A stretch of 64,000 nucleotides of DNA from Armatimonadia bacterium. GTDB lineage: Bacteria; Armatimonadota; Zipacnadia; Zipacnadales; UBA11051. Location of the stretch: assembly GCA_039683575.1 (NCBI GenBank), contig JBDKRC010000235.1, forward strand, positions 4,100-68,099, written 5' to 3'. Within the stretch, counting starts at the first letter, position 1. Each line of letters starts with the position of its first letter. The notes below the pieces were generated by a model. It saw only the letters and a list, made by a program, of their open reading frames with translations. It was not told where the DNA came from and made no database searches. A program made the translations under genes and the position numbers. Positions 10,133 to 19,543 of this stretch are shown here, piece after piece.

Positions 10133-11287
10133 TCAAGGTCTGGTCGAGGTCAGCGCGACCGCCGTTGCCAATTCGCCTACCGCGACGGACACATCTTCCG
10201 CAGTGTTGTAGCGACCGAATGAGAGACGAATCGTCTGTTCCGCCTGGGCCCGCGGGAGCCCCATTGCCAGTAGCACGTGGGATGGCGCCAGAGTGCCTGT
10301 GCCGCAGGCCGAGCCCTGGCTGATGCAGATGCCGCTCGCTCGGGAGATGACCAAGTCTGAGGCGCTACCATGGATCGTGATGCTACTGGTCCCAGGCAAC
10401 CGCGGAGCACCTGTCCCGTTGACGGCCATACAGTCCAGACGCCCGGCCAATTCCGCCTCAAACCGGTCGCGCAACGCAGCCGTACGATTGGGCTCAGAGG
10501 CGAGGTCGGCGCTGCAAAGGCGGCAGGCTCTCCCGAAACCGACTATGCCTGGTACGTTCAGCGTGCCAGGGCGCAGACCGTCCTCTTGGCCTCCGCCGAA
10601 CTGCAGCGGCGTTAGCAGCGAGCGCATCTCGCCGTCACGGACGTAGAGAGCGCCGACCCCTTTGGGCCCATAGAGTTTGTGCGCGCTGAAGGAGGCCAGA
10701 TGCACTGGTAGCGCATGCAGGTCCAGCGGGACCTTGCCCAGCACCTGGGCGCCATCCGTGTGCATAAAGGCACCGCACCTCCTGGCCAGCTCGCCTATCT
10801 CCGCTACCGGCTGAACCGTCCCAACCTCGTTGTTACCACCCTGCACGGAAACCAAGAGGGTCTTCTCGTCGATCAGAGACGCCGCAGCCTCAAGATCCAC
10901 ACTGGCGTTTCGGTCCACGGGCAGCAGGACCACCTGAAAGCCCTGTTCGGCCAGATAGTCGCAAGGCCCAAGGATGGACTTGTGCTCCACCGCGGATACG
11001 ATGATCTTGCGCCGACCGGGGTTAGAGCGAGCCAAGCCCAGCAGGGCCAGGTTGTTGCTCTCTGTGGCCCCGGAGGTGAAGATGATCTGCCCCGGGCTAC
11101 AGCCGGCCAGCGCAGCAACTGCTTCGCGGGCGGCCGCCACGGCAGTAGCGGCAGCGCGCCCCATCACGTGCGGGCTGCCGGCATTGCCGAACTCAGTGGT
11201 CAGGAAAGGCAGCATCGCCTCCACGACCTGGGGGGCGCAGCGCGTAGTGGCGTTACAGTCGAGATAGACAGGCGCCTGTCGTTGCAT
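10133..11287 (-). CDS. Cysteine desulfurase (class V aminotransferase; IscS/NifS/DndA/SspA-like).
   Basis: PLP-lysine motif SAHKLYGPKGVGALYV, N-terminal VYLDCNATT, and GSACGTG near the C-terminal active-site Cys region. Likely start is the Met of MQRQAPVYLD. Confidence 0.85.
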   Translation of the reverse strand: MQRQAPVYLDCNATTRCAPQVVEAMLPFLTTEFGNAGSPHVMGRAAATAVAAAREAVAALAGCSPGQIIFTSGATESNNLALLGLARSNPGRRKIIVSAVEHKSILGPCDYLAEQGFQVVLLPVDRNASVDLEAAASLIDEKTLLVSVQGGNNEVGTVQPVAEIGELARRCGAFMHTDGAQVLGKVPLDLHALPVHLASFSAHKLYGPKGVGALYVRDGEMRSLLTPLQFGGGQEDGLRPGTLNVPGIVGFGRACRLCSADLASEPNRTAALRDRFEAELAGRLDCMAVNGTGAPRLPGTSSITIHGSASDLVISRASGICISQGSACGTGTLAPSHVLLAMGLPRAQAEQTIRLSFGRYNTAEDVSVAVGELATAVALTSTRP

Positions 11288-11358
11288 ACAGCAAGTCCTC
11301 AAGGAGATCTCCGCCAGCCTGGCGGGTGCCCACCACGGTTAGCTCCCGATGGGTTCCT

Positions 11359-12189
11359 TCAGAGAGCGCAGATCAGGCAGCCCCGATCTGCGCTGTCGTC
11401 CGCATCGTCGAGTACCTCGCCAAGCGAGACACCGGCGCGGAAGCCGCCTGCACGTTCGCGACGCTGCTCGAACTCAGCCTCGATCTGTGCTACGCGTTCC
11501 GGTCGCGAGAGCTCCTCCAGGCTTTCACCCTGCACCCAGGTGTAGCGCTGTCCTGTGTCAGTGTCGGCCTTCTCATACTCCATCGCCTGCTTGAAGAGAC
11601 CCGGGTGTTCTCTCATCAGCCCAACCCACTCGCGGCGTTGCTGGAAGAAGCAGAAGTAGCACCCCGAACGCGAGCGCCAGCGGTAGTAGTCTGGGAGGCC
11701 CAGGCCGCTCTCCTCCAGTATCCGCAGCACACCGGCTCTGTTAATGCCCTCCTCGATGAACGGGAAGCACGCGACTATGTTGGGCTTCGTTGACAGATAG
11801 CCCTTCCTGTGCCGCTCGTCTGCACGAATGCCCACGTAGGTGACGGCGGGGGTCTCACCGATGAACTTCTCAAATGGCTTCAGTTTGAGATACTCCGTGC
11901 ACCACCGGATCTGCGGTGATGGCAGATAGCCACGACGTATGCTGAGGAGGTCATCGAAGCCCATCCCGTCGTGCTTCAGGCGGATGATCGGTCTGCCGAG
12001 ATAGACTTCCAACCGGTCGAGGTAGTCGTACGTCTCGTCAAGCTCCTTGTCCGTATCACAGAACACGTACTCCATATCCGGCATGCGGTCACGCAGGTGG
12101 ATGGCCAGCGCTGTGCTGTCCTTGCCGCCTGAGAGCGAGAGGATATGCCGGGTGTTTCCGGCTTGCTGAGGCGTGCCGCTGTCACTCAT
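11359..12189 (-). CDS. PAPS-reductase-family ATP pyrophosphatase (DndC/SspD/BrxP-like, short form about 276 aa).
   Basis: PP-loop motif ILSLSGGKDSTALAIHL, with C-terminal Cys pairs (CYFCF, CLIC). Start taken at MSDSGTPQQ, overlapping the ATPase stop by a few nt. Confidence 0.75.
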   Translation of the reverse strand: MSDSGTPQQAGNTRHILSLSGGKDSTALAIHLRDRMPDMEYVFCDTDKELDETYDYLDRLEVYLGRPIIRLKHDGMGFDDLLSIRRGYLPSPQIRWCTEYLKLKPFEKFIGETPAVTYVGIRADERHRKGYLSTKPNIVACFPFIEEGINRAGVLRILEESGLGLPDYYRWRSRSGCYFCFFQQRREWVGLMREHPGLFKQAMEYEKADTDTGQRYTWVQGESLEELSRPERVAQIEAEFEQRRERAGGFRAGVSLGEVLDDADDSADRGCLICAL

Positions 12190-15100
12190 CTTCTGTGGTG
12201 TCTCCGATCTTGCCCGCGGCAAGCTTGAGGGCCGCCTTCACGACATGTGCAGGCAGCTTCGCTATCGCGGGATTGAGCGCTTTCATGATCTTGTCCGACA
12301 GAGCCTGCGCGCGCTGCATCTCGGCGGGCAGGAGTTCCGGCAGGTCCAACGTGGTAACCGAGGCGCTCCGCATCGTAGCGGCTGCGCTTCTCAGCAGAGC
12401 CCCCACCATCTCCGCTGCTTCCGGGAAACGCTTGCGGTCGAGGTCGCTCCAGTTGCGTGGGGGGCGTTGAGCGACAAGCGCAAGCACCGTCTCGACCCCC
12501 TCAGCTGTGTCGTCGACCTCCTGCATACGCGCCAGCAGAGCCGCTAACCGAGGTTCTCTCACCCACGGCCGTAGGCGGTCGCCGAGGCCTCGCAGCTCAT
12601 CCCAGCCCGCCTCCCCTGCTGGTAAGTTGCAGGCGCGTAGTAGAGTGTCACGGGCCGAGGCGATGGCTGTAGGCGCGACTGCCCCCCATTCCCGAAGGCA
12701 CCCGTTAAGGCGCTCAAAGAACTTCTGCACCTGGCCGGTTTCCGTCTCGTCAGCCCCGAACGCAGGGAAGCCCAGCGCGCCAGGGAGATCCGCGAAAAGC
12801 AGTTGCTCCGGGGATCGTGCCGCGGCAAAGGCCTCGCGCAGAGCAACTACCGGCGCGCTCAGTTCCTGAGTGTGCCAGGCCAGTTCCGGGAGGCTGCGCA
12901 CCATCCGGAACAAGGCCCGCACCACCGGCAGAGTCGCTGAGTTCACCTGCAGACTGCGAGCCAGTCGCCCTACCACCTCCGCGCGGGCGCCTGTAACCTG
13001 CCCACCCGCTATGGCGTACAGCTCCGGCCTGCGCATAAGCACTTCGAAGTCCGCGATGCCGACCTCCGGAAGGAATGTGCCTTCGCGGTACAGTGTCGTC
13101 TCATCTGGGTAAGCCAGCATAAAGGCACACAGCAGCACCGGGTGCAGGCCCTCTGGTACGCCAATGGGCGGGGCGGCCAAGCCGGCGAAGAGTCCATCGA
13201 GTTGGACCGGCTCCAGCCCATCGGCCAGAATCTGCCGGTCTAGGAACTCCCAGACCGAAGCGAGAGCAGCATCGCTCGTACGGTCGGGAGGGTGGAAGCC
13301 CCAGCGGCACGAGTCGTCCTCTCGGTGCAAGCCGGTGACCAGAAGGACGGACTCGTACATGCTGCGCTCAGGAGGGTAGCCTTCAAGCCCCAACAGGGGC
13401 TCCCCCGCTCGCGTCAGCATCCTCTCGATCAGGTTGCGGCGGGCAGCGGTTGCGGCCGCGGACAGAGTCCTCCTTGCGATGAGCTCGTTGCGGATGCGTG
13501 GTGACTTGGGGAAGAGGCTGTCACAGACGTCTGAGACCAGCTTGGACACGTCAGTGGGTGTGCGGACGGCCTTCTGCTGTCCGCCCCAGAACCAGAGACA
13601 CTGGCTGCCACGCGGCGCCGGCCGTGGATCCAGGAGGCCATCGAGGTCCCGCAGCAATACCTGCTCCGCCTCGCTGATGCGGATTGAGATCTCTCGACGG
13701 GCCACTCGGTCGTCGCGAAGCTCTGGGGTGTTGTCCCAGACCCAACGCAGCGCAGCTAGCTCCTGAACAGCCGCTCGCAGCTCACCTATCTCTTGCGGCA
13801 CCGCCACCAACAGGTCGTGCCGCGCCCCGGCACCGGCCGTGGCGACGGCGACGAACTCATCAGACCGCTTGAGCGAATAGGCCAGGCACACTGCGACGTG
13901 GGCGGGGGCCGTCTCGGAGGCTTTCCAGTCCAGAGACAGTTCAGATGGGTCGTCGAGGTAAGCCACGGCCAAGTGCCGCAAGGCGCCAGTCTCGAAGCTG
14001 TGCCGGCGTGCGACCAAAGGACGCGGGGGCAGGTAGTGCCTGATGTTCTCCGCCAGGCTGAGCCTGTCCCGCGTGTGGGTAGCGCCCTGCTCAAGACGCT
14101 CATCGATGTCGACGTCACTGCCTTCCCAGATCTGAAAGGCGTCTGTGAATGTGCGGAACGTCAGGACAGACTTCTCACGCAACTGAGCGAGGCTGTCTTC
14201 TAGTTTTGCCGGCGGCTTGGTCTGGTCTGAGAGAACGAGTGAAAGTACCTGCTGATGGGCCTGTAGGTGGCTGAACTCGCCCAGAGCATTGAGGATCCCC
14301 GTTGACTTCACGAGCGCCTTGTGGAGATCGGTCAGGTCGCTTCTGCGGTCAAGCACGTCCACAGCCTCAAGCCAACGCTTCGCCTGCGGGTGCCGGTACA
14401 GGCCGGTCCCGAAGTTCGCGACGAAGTAGTCGAAAAGGTCAGGTAGCCGGACGAAGGCAGGCGTCCCCCCCTCCGCTGTGTGAGCCCGGAGAAAGTCCTG
14501 CAAGGCATACGGTTCCTGGCTGCTCAGATAGGCGAAGAGAGAGCGTTCGTTCTGCGCAAAGCGCCGGAACAGGTAGGGCAAGGCCACTAACGTAACGGGA
14601 TGGAGTGGATAGGCTCTGACGGCCAGGCGCTCGAAGTCGCGGGGGGGCATCCCCGGAGGAGCGACGACTGGTGCGGCGGCGCGCGCCACCGCCTGCACTC
14701 GCTTCGCCAGTGACGCCGGCAGTTCCCGCCCGGTCGGCCGGAGAGCGCTCGCGATCATCCGCACAACCTGATCAACCGGCTCGAGGAACGGAACGTCGTG
14801 GAAGCGCCCGCCTATCTTCTCCCATTCGCGACGGGTTACCGCATCCAGGTGCTGGCCGTATTCCTCGAACGCCTGATGCAGGAAGCCGAGGAAGAGAACT
14901 GGCTCGACGCCGCTGCGGCTGGCGTATTCGGCGAGTTCCTGCAGCACGAACACATCACCGCGCCGAGGGTCTCGGGCTGCGTACTCGAAGAGCTTGCCCA
15001 GCTCGTCAACAATGACTAGGAGGCCTGTGTAACCTTGTGCTCGGGCAACAGCGGCCAGCTCCTGCAGGGCACCGACGACGTCCCGGCTGTCGGCAAAGGC

Positions 15101-15610
15101 CCCCGCTTGCAGGGCCTTCAGCAGCGCGGCCAAACGCTTCCTTAGTCGCGCGGTAGCGGCGCCCTCCAGCCCTGCGATAGCAGCCAACATGCCCTGTAGC
15201 AGGCAGGCCGCAGCCGGAGCCCGCCGGGCCGTCACCAGCACTGGCAGCATAGTGCCGTTGCCATTGGCGCGAAGGCATCCTTGAGCAAGAGTCTCGGCGA
15301 GGTCGGGGGCAGCCAGCAAAAGCTTCTGCCTCGCCTGGTCCCCTGCGGCGTCTTTGAGGCAGAGCAGGCGCGTCAGGAACACGGCGAAGGCTGATTTGCC
15401 GACGCCATAGGGGCCGGTAATCGTCCAGGCTCGCGCTACGGAGCCCTCACTTAGCCCCTCTGCGAGACGGTGCAAGGCCTGCCGTGCATTGGCCGTCAGG
15501 ACATAGTCGCCGTTAGTACCGTTGCCGCGCGCATCCTGCTCGAGGCTAACCGACCGCAGGAACCTACGCCCGACCTCCACGTACTGATCCAGCGACTTCT
15601 GCATCTCCAT
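12182..15610 (-). CDS. Large P-loop ATPase, SspC/BrxC (PglY)-like (1142 aa).
   Basis: Walker A WTITGPYGVGKSAFAVFL (about aa 68) and Walker B GLLVIVDELGKLF (about aa 200), then a roughly 900-aa helical body. Its start shares one nt with the stop of the upstream gene. Family assignment is by architecture and context, not by alignment. Confidence 0.6.
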   Translation of the reverse strand: MEMQKSLDQYVEVGRRFLRSVSLEQDARGNGTNGDYVLTANARQALHRLAEGLSEGSVARAWTITGPYGVGKSAFAVFLTRLLCLKDAAGDQARQKLLLAAPDLAETLAQGCLRANGNGTMLPVLVTARRAPAAACLLQGMLAAIAGLEGAATARLRKRLAALLKALQAGAFADSRDVVGALQELAAVARAQGYTGLLVIVDELGKLFEYAARDPRRGDVFVLQELAEYASRSGVEPVLFLGFLHQAFEEYGQHLDAVTRREWEKIGGRFHDVPFLEPVDQVVRMIASALRPTGRELPASLAKRVQAVARAAAPVVAPPGMPPRDFERLAVRAYPLHPVTLVALPYLFRRFAQNERSLFAYLSSQEPYALQDFLRAHTAEGGTPAFVRLPDLFDYFVANFGTGLYRHPQAKRWLEAVDVLDRRSDLTDLHKALVKSTGILNALGEFSHLQAHQQVLSLVLSDQTKPPAKLEDSLAQLREKSVLTFRTFTDAFQIWEGSDVDIDERLEQGATHTRDRLSLAENIRHYLPPRPLVARRHSFETGALRHLAVAYLDDPSELSLDWKASETAPAHVAVCLAYSLKRSDEFVAVATAGAGARHDLLVAVPQEIGELRAAVQELAALRWVWDNTPELRDDRVARREISIRISEAEQVLLRDLDGLLDPRPAPRGSQCLWFWGGQQKAVRTPTDVSKLVSDVCDSLFPKSPRIRNELIARRTLSAAATAARRNLIERMLTRAGEPLLGLEGYPPERSMYESVLLVTGLHREDDSCRWGFHPPDRTSDAALASVWEFLDRQILADGLEPVQLDGLFAGLAAPPIGVPEGLHPVLLCAFMLAYPDETTLYREGTFLPEVGIADFEVLMRRPELYAIAGGQVTGARAEVVGRLARSLQVNSATLPVVRALFRMVRSLPELAWHTQELSAPVVALREAFAAARSPEQLLFADLPGALGFPAFGADETETGQVQKFFERLNGCLREWGAVAPTAIASARDTLLRACNLPAGEAGWDELRGLGDRLRPWVREPRLAALLARMQEVDDTAEGVETVLALVAQRPPRNWSDLDRKRFPEAAEMVGALLRSAAATMRSASVTTLDLPELLPAEMQRAQALSDKIMKALNPAIAKLPAHVVKAALKLAAGKIGDTTEDE

Positions 15611-16562
15611 TATGAGCCATTTCCTGCGCCGAAGTAGCGATCAAGCAACGCCAAGGCGTCGAATTCGCGACGGCGGTAGATCTGCTTCAGGCCTGCCGTC
15701 TCATCAACAGAGACTGCGCCGTCGGTCAGTTCCTCGAGCTCCTCTACGTACTCGATGAGGCTGTTCTCATCCAGCTTGAAGGCCTGACCGGGACTTCCTT
15801 TTCCGTACAGGCACTGCTGGATGCCCAGTGTGCTCTGGGTCTCGCGAGTACGACTGAAGTGCTGGTCAAGGGCAAACGCAAACACGGGCGCCGGCAGCGA
15901 CGGCTTCGGGCCGATGCCAAAGGCGTACAGGTCTCCGTCAGCAGATGGCTGGATCAGCCGGAGGGATAGCAGGGGACAGTCGAAGCTCTCCTCGGGCAGC
16001 GCTTCTCCGATCTCGGCGCGCGGGGCCGCATAGGTGCGAAGAAAGCAGTCGAAGTCGCGGGACAAGGACGAGCGCGCAACCTTCAGCGCCCCCTTCTCTG
16101 CAACAGAGGCCAGATGGTCTACAGCTTCACGCCGGGTGAAATCGGGACGATGGTAGTGACAGAAGAGCAGCTGCCACGTGGTGCAGACACTTGGGTTTGA
16201 GACCAGCATCCAGTGGATGAGCCAGAGGGAGGCGTCGTCCTCAAGGAATGGGTCCCAGCCTTCTGGCAACAGCAGAAGGCGCGCCATAGGTGTGGGCTGC
16301 AGTGGCTGCGCTTTGCCTCGCGGCGCACCCGGCACCGGTTCTATGAGCTGCGTCACTGTGCACCAATGTCTTATGCTCTGCACCATATTCTTGCCCACCC
16401 CCAGGTGAACGAGCGCATCCTCATCGGAGAAGATGGTTGCCCGCTGCTCGACGCCCCTTACCCCCTTCTCAAGCCAACCATAGCGGAAAGCAAAGGTCTG
16501 GTGGCCGGAGAAACGATAGGACACCTTGCCCTGCGTGGTCTCATTACTATCGGCAATGATCA
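15610..16562 (-). CDS. SspB-like DUF4007-type protein (first gene of the operon).
   Basis: The conserved block SYRFSGHQTFAFRYGWLEKG resembles the GHETF..RYGWL signature I associate with DUF4007/SspB. A GGAG RBS sits 9 nt before the ATG at 16562 (MIIADSNE). The track ORF extends to 16734 with a less likely upstream start. Confidence 0.5.
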
Positions 16563-17641
16563 TCTCGTCAGCTCCGGGACGGGGCTTGCCTGCCGCAGCA
16601 GCTAGGGGGAGGTAGACGGTCGTGCAGAGACCGACGGGGAAGAACGGTGTATCCCCCTCGTAGACCGCAACCTCGGCTGAAGAAGGCGCAATGGCTGTTT
16701 CGACGGCTGTCGAGCCCGGACCTTCCTCTCCCATGCACTCCAGGTAGCGTCACGCGCCACATACTCGCTCAGCAATCTGGGACAGCTTCCTCCGTCCGCG
16801 TCAGAGCTCGGGAACGCGCGAACTCAGCAGAGTCACAATGGATGGTGTCCGGCTCCTCATACAACTCACGCGCTACGCGTAAGCAGTGAGGCTCACAAGC
16901 CCACGCCGCCGCCGAGCCGGAACACCTCATCGTCCACCGTGGCGGTCTCACGGCACTCGCCAGATCGTGCTATCGGTGTCTCGCCCTCGGCTTGGGTGAC
17001 TGGGCCGGCGGGCAGCGCAGGGCCGACCGAGCCGCAAGAGCCCAAGATGGGCACTACCGCCCCGTGACGAGGAATTCTGGCCTGTCTGGGGTCGAGGCCA
17101 TCCCGAGGATCCACGGCCACCCTCGGCTTCCCAAGTTACCCAACCCGAGGATTCTCGGCTTCCCTCGGCTTGGCCCGCACTCCCCCAGGCGCCCCACTAG
17201 AACGCCTGGCCCAGGCCGCACACATGGGCGGAACGGGGGCCCCGGACCGGCGGCCCAGGGAGCCCGATCCCCGAGAAATCCAAGGTCAACCGATGCTCCT
17301 CCTGGGCCAGCCCGAACACACCCTCCATCAGAATCACCACTCAACGTCCCTACCGGCGTCCGGAACGGGGCCCCAAGGCCTGGTCCCCCGGGGGCCTGAT
17401 CCTGCAGGGCATGCCACACACAGCAGCGGCCGGATTCCGTCAAGACATACTTCCGCCGGCCACGCAAGCGGTTGCGTCGGGTCCTCTTTGGCCTCCTATC
17501 CCCCCGGGGGTCTCGGCGGCGGGGGGAGGTGGAGTCCCGATGGGACCCACACCGTCAGAACCTCGAGACGAAGGGGTGAGCCAGCCCCATTCGTCGCAGT
17601 GTGACGACGGCGGAGAGGCCCCGAAGTGCCATCCGACCGAT

Positions 17642-17677
17642 CCCCCTTGGCCGCCGGCGTCGTGAACCCACCCGTGG
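17642..17677 (+). promoter_or_regulatory. Conserved promoter/operator motif, copy 1 (CCCCTTGGCC-N-CGTGAACCCACCCGTGG).
   Basis: Matches the 8-copy consensus CCCCTTGCCCACG-N6-7-CGTGA(A/G)CCCACCCGTG, immediately upstream of the start at 17680. Confidence 0.6.
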
Positions 17678-17679
17678 AT

Positions 17680-18153
17680 ATGACAACCACGCACCCCCCA
17701 ATCACCAAGACCGGATGCACCGCCTGTGGGCACCGCGAAAAGCCATCGGCCATCTCCGACAATATGGCCAGGTTCACGAACAGGGACGGCCGCACGGACC
17801 GCTGCCTGCGCCGGTGCGGCATCGAGGTGCCCTTGGGCACCAAGGTGCTGCTGTGCCGCCAGCATGCTGTCACGCTGGAGCAGGAGCTGACGACGGAGTA
17901 CGGCTCTGCGTGCCCTTATGTCCGCCCGCTGCCGCACAGCGAGGTTGTGGTCGGGTTGGATACCCGACCCAGCATGGCGGAACTGACCACCTGGACCGGT
18001 GACCCGTTCCTACCGACGGCAACCCTCGGGCCGGAGTACCAGCTCTTCGGCAGACACCGTGCGCGGCGGGTGTCGGTGGAGTTCGAGGGTCGAGAGTTCA
18101 GTGGCGTGTGGCTGCCGGACTGTCAGGACCTCGTCCGGCTCCGGGCGGGGTGA
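17680..18153 (+). CDS. Hypothetical protein (157 aa).
   Basis: ORF begins MTTTHPPITKTGCTACGHREKP, 3 nt downstream of motif copy 1 (leaderless-like). Confidence 0.45.
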   Translation: MTTTHPPITKTGCTACGHREKPSAISDNMARFTNRDGRTDRCLRRCGIEVPLGTKVLLCRQHAVTLEQELTTEYGSACPYVRPLPHSEVVVGLDTRPSMAELTTWTGDPFLPTATLGPEYQLFGRHRARRVSVEFEGREFSGVWLPDCQDLVRLRAG

Positions 18154-18160
18154 CACCGAT

Positions 18161-18197
18161 CCGCCTTGCCCGACGACACCCGTGAACCCACCCACAG
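18161..18197 (+). promoter_or_regulatory. Conserved promoter/operator motif, copy 2.
   Basis: CCGCCTTGCCCGACGACACCCGTGAACCCACCCACAGG, directly before the ATG at 18199. Confidence 0.55.
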
Positions 18198-18198
18198 G

Positions 18199-18525
18199 AT
18201 GGAGGTAACGACCGTGCATGACGATACCCAGACGCCGACCGTCTTCAGGACATACCCGGATGGTGAGGTGGCGGCCCTCTTCCCGACGATCCCGGCAGAC
18301 CCGAATGGCAACTGCTCGTCATACGTCCATGTCGGGCAGCACGGGGCCGCCGACCCGCACCACCTGATCTCCCGCACCCGCCCGGCGACGCCGGACGAGT
18401 ATGCGGAACTCACTGCAGAGTTGGAGGCCATCGGGTACGCCGTCCGGCCCGTCAGGAGGATGACCCACCGAATGGTCGAGGAGCGGCGGGTGACTACCGA
18501 GCCCCCTTGCCCACGCGGGTCGTGA
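18199..18525 (+). CDS. Hypothetical protein (108 aa).
   Basis: MEVTTVHDDTQTPTVFRTYPDGEVAALFPT..., preceded by motif copy 2. Confidence 0.45.
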   Translation: MEVTTVHDDTQTPTVFRTYPDGEVAALFPTIPADPNGNCSSYVHVGQHGAADPHHLISRTRPATPDEYAELTAELEAIGYAVRPVRRMTHRMVEERRVTTEPPCPRGS

Positions 18526-18536
18526 ACCCACCCGTG
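18502..18536 (+). promoter_or_regulatory. Conserved promoter/operator motif, copy 3.
   Basis: CCCCTTGCCCACGCGGGTCGTGAACCCACCCGTG, followed by GGAGGTG and the ATG at 18555. Confidence 0.6.
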
Positions 18537-18554
18537 TTCCGGAGGTGATGACGG

Positions 18555-18950
18555 ATGAGCCGGCCACTGCTGGATGACGAGATGAAGGCCAGGCTGCCCG
18601 AGCTGTACTCGCAGGAGGACTTGACAGACCCGATCGTGCAGGTGCTGCTGCTCGGGGCCACCGGATGGGTGTGGGCCATCACCGAGTACTCCGATGTAGC
18701 ACCTGATGGGTGCGAGCATCTTGCGTTCGGGTGGGTGTGCGGCGACTACCCCGAACTGGGCTACGTCCCGATGGACGAGCTCGACGAGTTGAACGCCGAC
18801 TGCCTGGAGGGGTTTGGGTACGTCTGGGTCGACACGACCTTCACCCCCCGCCCCCTCTCCCAAGTACGGGCCGAGGCAGAGGACATCCGCCGACGCCTGC
18901 GGGAGGAGTTGGAGGCCGGGGAGCATCAGGTCATCAGGGTTCGGGGCTGA
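18555..18950 (+). CDS. Hypothetical protein (131 aa), acidic.
   Basis: MSRPLLDDEMKARLPELYSQEDLTDPIVQVLLLGATGWVWAITEYSD... A GGAGGTG RBS lies upstream. Confidence 0.5.
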   Translation: MSRPLLDDEMKARLPELYSQEDLTDPIVQVLLLGATGWVWAITEYSDVAPDGCEHLAFGWVCGDYPELGYVPMDELDELNADCLEGFGYVWVDTTFTPRPLSQVRAEAEDIRRRLREELEAGEHQVIRVRG

Positions 18951-19003
18951 CGCCGGAGGGTAGGGCCCATCGAGCCGATCAGCCCGAGAACCGAACGGAG
19001 GTG

Positions 19004-19465
19004 ATGAAGATGCTGAGCGCCGCCACTTTCGGGTCGTTGCTGGAGAGGGGCGATGTCCTCGTGAAGGACGGCGATGCCTACCGTCCCCTGGCCGCCAATG
19101 ACGCACATCGCCGGATGTACGTGCGCCTGTCGGATGGCACCCACGTGATGCTGGCGTTCACCGGCGGCGGCACCGACGGGCCCGGCGCCGCCCCGCAGCG
19201 GGTGAGGATCGACATCGGTGGCTCCGTGGCCGACGCCGTCAGGGACGCTAACGTGGCTGCGGCGCCGTACACGAGCGTGGTCGGCTCCTGTCTGAAGGCC
19301 TACGTGCTGTTCCTGGTCGGGGTGGCGGTCGTGGGCATGGCGGCGGTGGCGCTGTTCGGTGACTACGGCCAGCCGGGGCTGCTCGCGAGGTACCCCTTCC
19401 AGTCAGCCGTGATTGCCGCCATCGTGATCTGGATCGTCATCGCCCGGAGGCGGCGACGTCGGTGA
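19004..19465 (+). CDS. Small membrane protein (153 aa).
   Basis: GGAGGTG sits 0-1 nt before ATGAAGATG. The C-terminal half is hydrophobic (VLFLVGVAVVGMAAVALF...VIAAIVIWIVIARRRRRR), consistent with two TM helices. Confidence 0.5.
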   Translation: MKMLSAATFGSLLERGDVLVKDGDAYRPLAANDAHRRMYVRLSDGTHVMLAFTGGGTDGPGAAPQRVRIDIGGSVADAVRDANVAAAPYTSVVGSCLKAYVLFLVGVAVVGMAAVALFGDYGQPGLLARYPFQSAVIAAIVIWIVIARRRRRR

Positions 19466-19480
19466 CGGTCCCCCGCGGTC

Positions 19481-19514
19481 CCACTTTGCCGGACGGGGGA
19501 CGTGAACCCACCGG
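19481..19514 (+). promoter_or_regulatory. Conserved promoter/operator motif, copy 4 (more diverged).
   Basis: CCACTTTGCCGGACGGGGGACGTGAACCCACCGGCTC, upstream of the start at 19544. Confidence 0.45.
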
Positions 19515-19543
19515 CTCAACACCACGCCGGAAGGCGTCGAACG

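Noticed and set aside
10715-11545. 276-aa plus-strand ORF over the desulfurase/PAPS-reductase region
   Set aside because: Antisense to the two motif-bearing minus-strand genes.
16992-17604. ORFs in the 16.7-17.6 kb spacer (16992-17399 plus, 17054-17467 minus, 17170-17604 plus)
   Set aside because: Extreme Pro/Gly/Arg bias, mutually overlapping in several frames, no RBS. Treated as non-coding spacer.
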